This document shows positions 63,001 to 64,000 of a stretch of 64,000 bases of DNA, in pieces; the first letter of the stretch is position 1, and every line of letters starts with the position of its first letter. The stretch is taken from the NCBI RefSeq assembly GCF_004010195.1, contig NC_057711.1, positions 82,455,590 through 82,519,589 on the forward strand, read 5' to 3'. This DNA is from Chiloscyllium plagiosum. Its lineage: Eukaryota. A model generated the notes under the pieces. It saw nothing but the letters and a program-made list of their open reading frames with translations, ran no database searches and was not told where the DNA came from. The translations under genes and the position numbers were made by a program.

Positions 63001-64000
63001 ACTAGTTACCTTACCAATCCAGCGCGTAGAACTTTTATTTTATTAAGAGGAGGATGGGTGGGAGACACGACCTAAGTAATGTTTTGGGTAACGCAACTGC
63101 CCAAATATGTTATTTCACTTAGCAGGCCAATGTCCATTCCTGCTCAGTGTGCGCTCCGCCTATTCACAAGGTCAGTTTTTAAAGCAGTGATTTACCTTCC
63201 TGGCAGCTCCTCTTCCTCTCTTCTTGCAGCTCCTGAAAAAAATGGCTCTCTAGGTAAATCCCTTTTTAAGTGGGAAACCTGCCTCCTGGAGCCCTTGCTC
63301 CTCTCTCCTCACAGCTGCTGAAAAAATTGAGAGCAACAATTTATATGAAATGTGTCATTTCATCCTGTCGACTATGTGGTGTGATTCTGCCTTTTTGCAA
63401 TACATAGTTTGACCCACATTGTCAGGTGGAAACACCACAGAAATGTTTAGAGATTTGTAAACTATGGCAAAGAAAGGTGCAAATCATATGAATGGTAATG
63501 CAGCAGAAGGCACAGTGTAAATTTGTATTTGACTTGTGAACATGATCCCTTATCTGGTGTTCTGCAGATATAATTATGGTGTCATTGCTAGGAGAACAGC
63601 CAAGGGGGATCCCTACACGATCTGTCGGTTCCCTTTCTGTCTCCTGACTGTAACTCATCTGCCTTTTTCTTGTACCTGAGGTGTGACTACCTCCCTGTAA
63701 CTCCTCTCAACCCCCTCCAGAACACCTGTGGTTCATGCACAAGCATGACCCAAACCTTCCCAAAGCCAGTCATTTTAACACAGCATCCTGCTCGCATGCC
63801 CACTTGTCTGTCCTCAGCATGCTGCAATGCTCCAGCAAATCACAGTGCAAACTGGAGGAACAACATCTCCTCTTTAGACTAGCACTTTACAACCTTCAGG
63901 TCATAATATTGAGTAGATCACCTTCATATTGTGAACCCACTCCCATTCCTTCCCTTTTAGCTTTACTTGTTACATTCTCTGTCACCGTGTCCTCTCTCCC

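Overview
Vertebrate nuclear DNA, most likely a shark (HE1-type SINEs and HER1/CR1 LINEs are typical of elasmobranchs; this is an inference). Two genes lie head-to-head around one small CpG-rich promoter at about 44.35-44.9 kb. KIF27 (minus strand) has a probable non-coding exon 1 ending at 44368 and coding exons 32237-31940, 29204-29004, 26582-25597, 19706-19563 and 1596-1372, and continues beyond the left edge. QNG1/C9orf64, the queuosine salvage glycosylase (plus strand), has coding exons 49067-49403 and 58565-58824 and continues beyond the right edge. The introns are full of CR1, L2-like and RTE-like LINE fragments, SINEs, Tigger-like MITEs, Penelope-like elements (PLEs) and one Gypsy element. 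There are two assembly gaps. Most notable observations: (1) an upstream ATG with an alternative splice donor that would add an in-frame, Arg-rich, mitochondrial-presequence-like leader to QNG1; (2) many minimal hammerhead-ribozyme motifs from at least three PLE families, including ~160-240 bp fold-back hairpin insertions with long TSDs; (3) a Gypsy element whose two ~710-bp LTRs are inverted yet share one TSD; (4) an RFX/ETS/YY1/NRF1 bidirectional promoter; (5) three local templated duplications, one forming an inverted repeat around a symmetric KIF27 exon. Gene and family identities rest on recognising the sequences; no search was run, and repeat boundaries are approximate.
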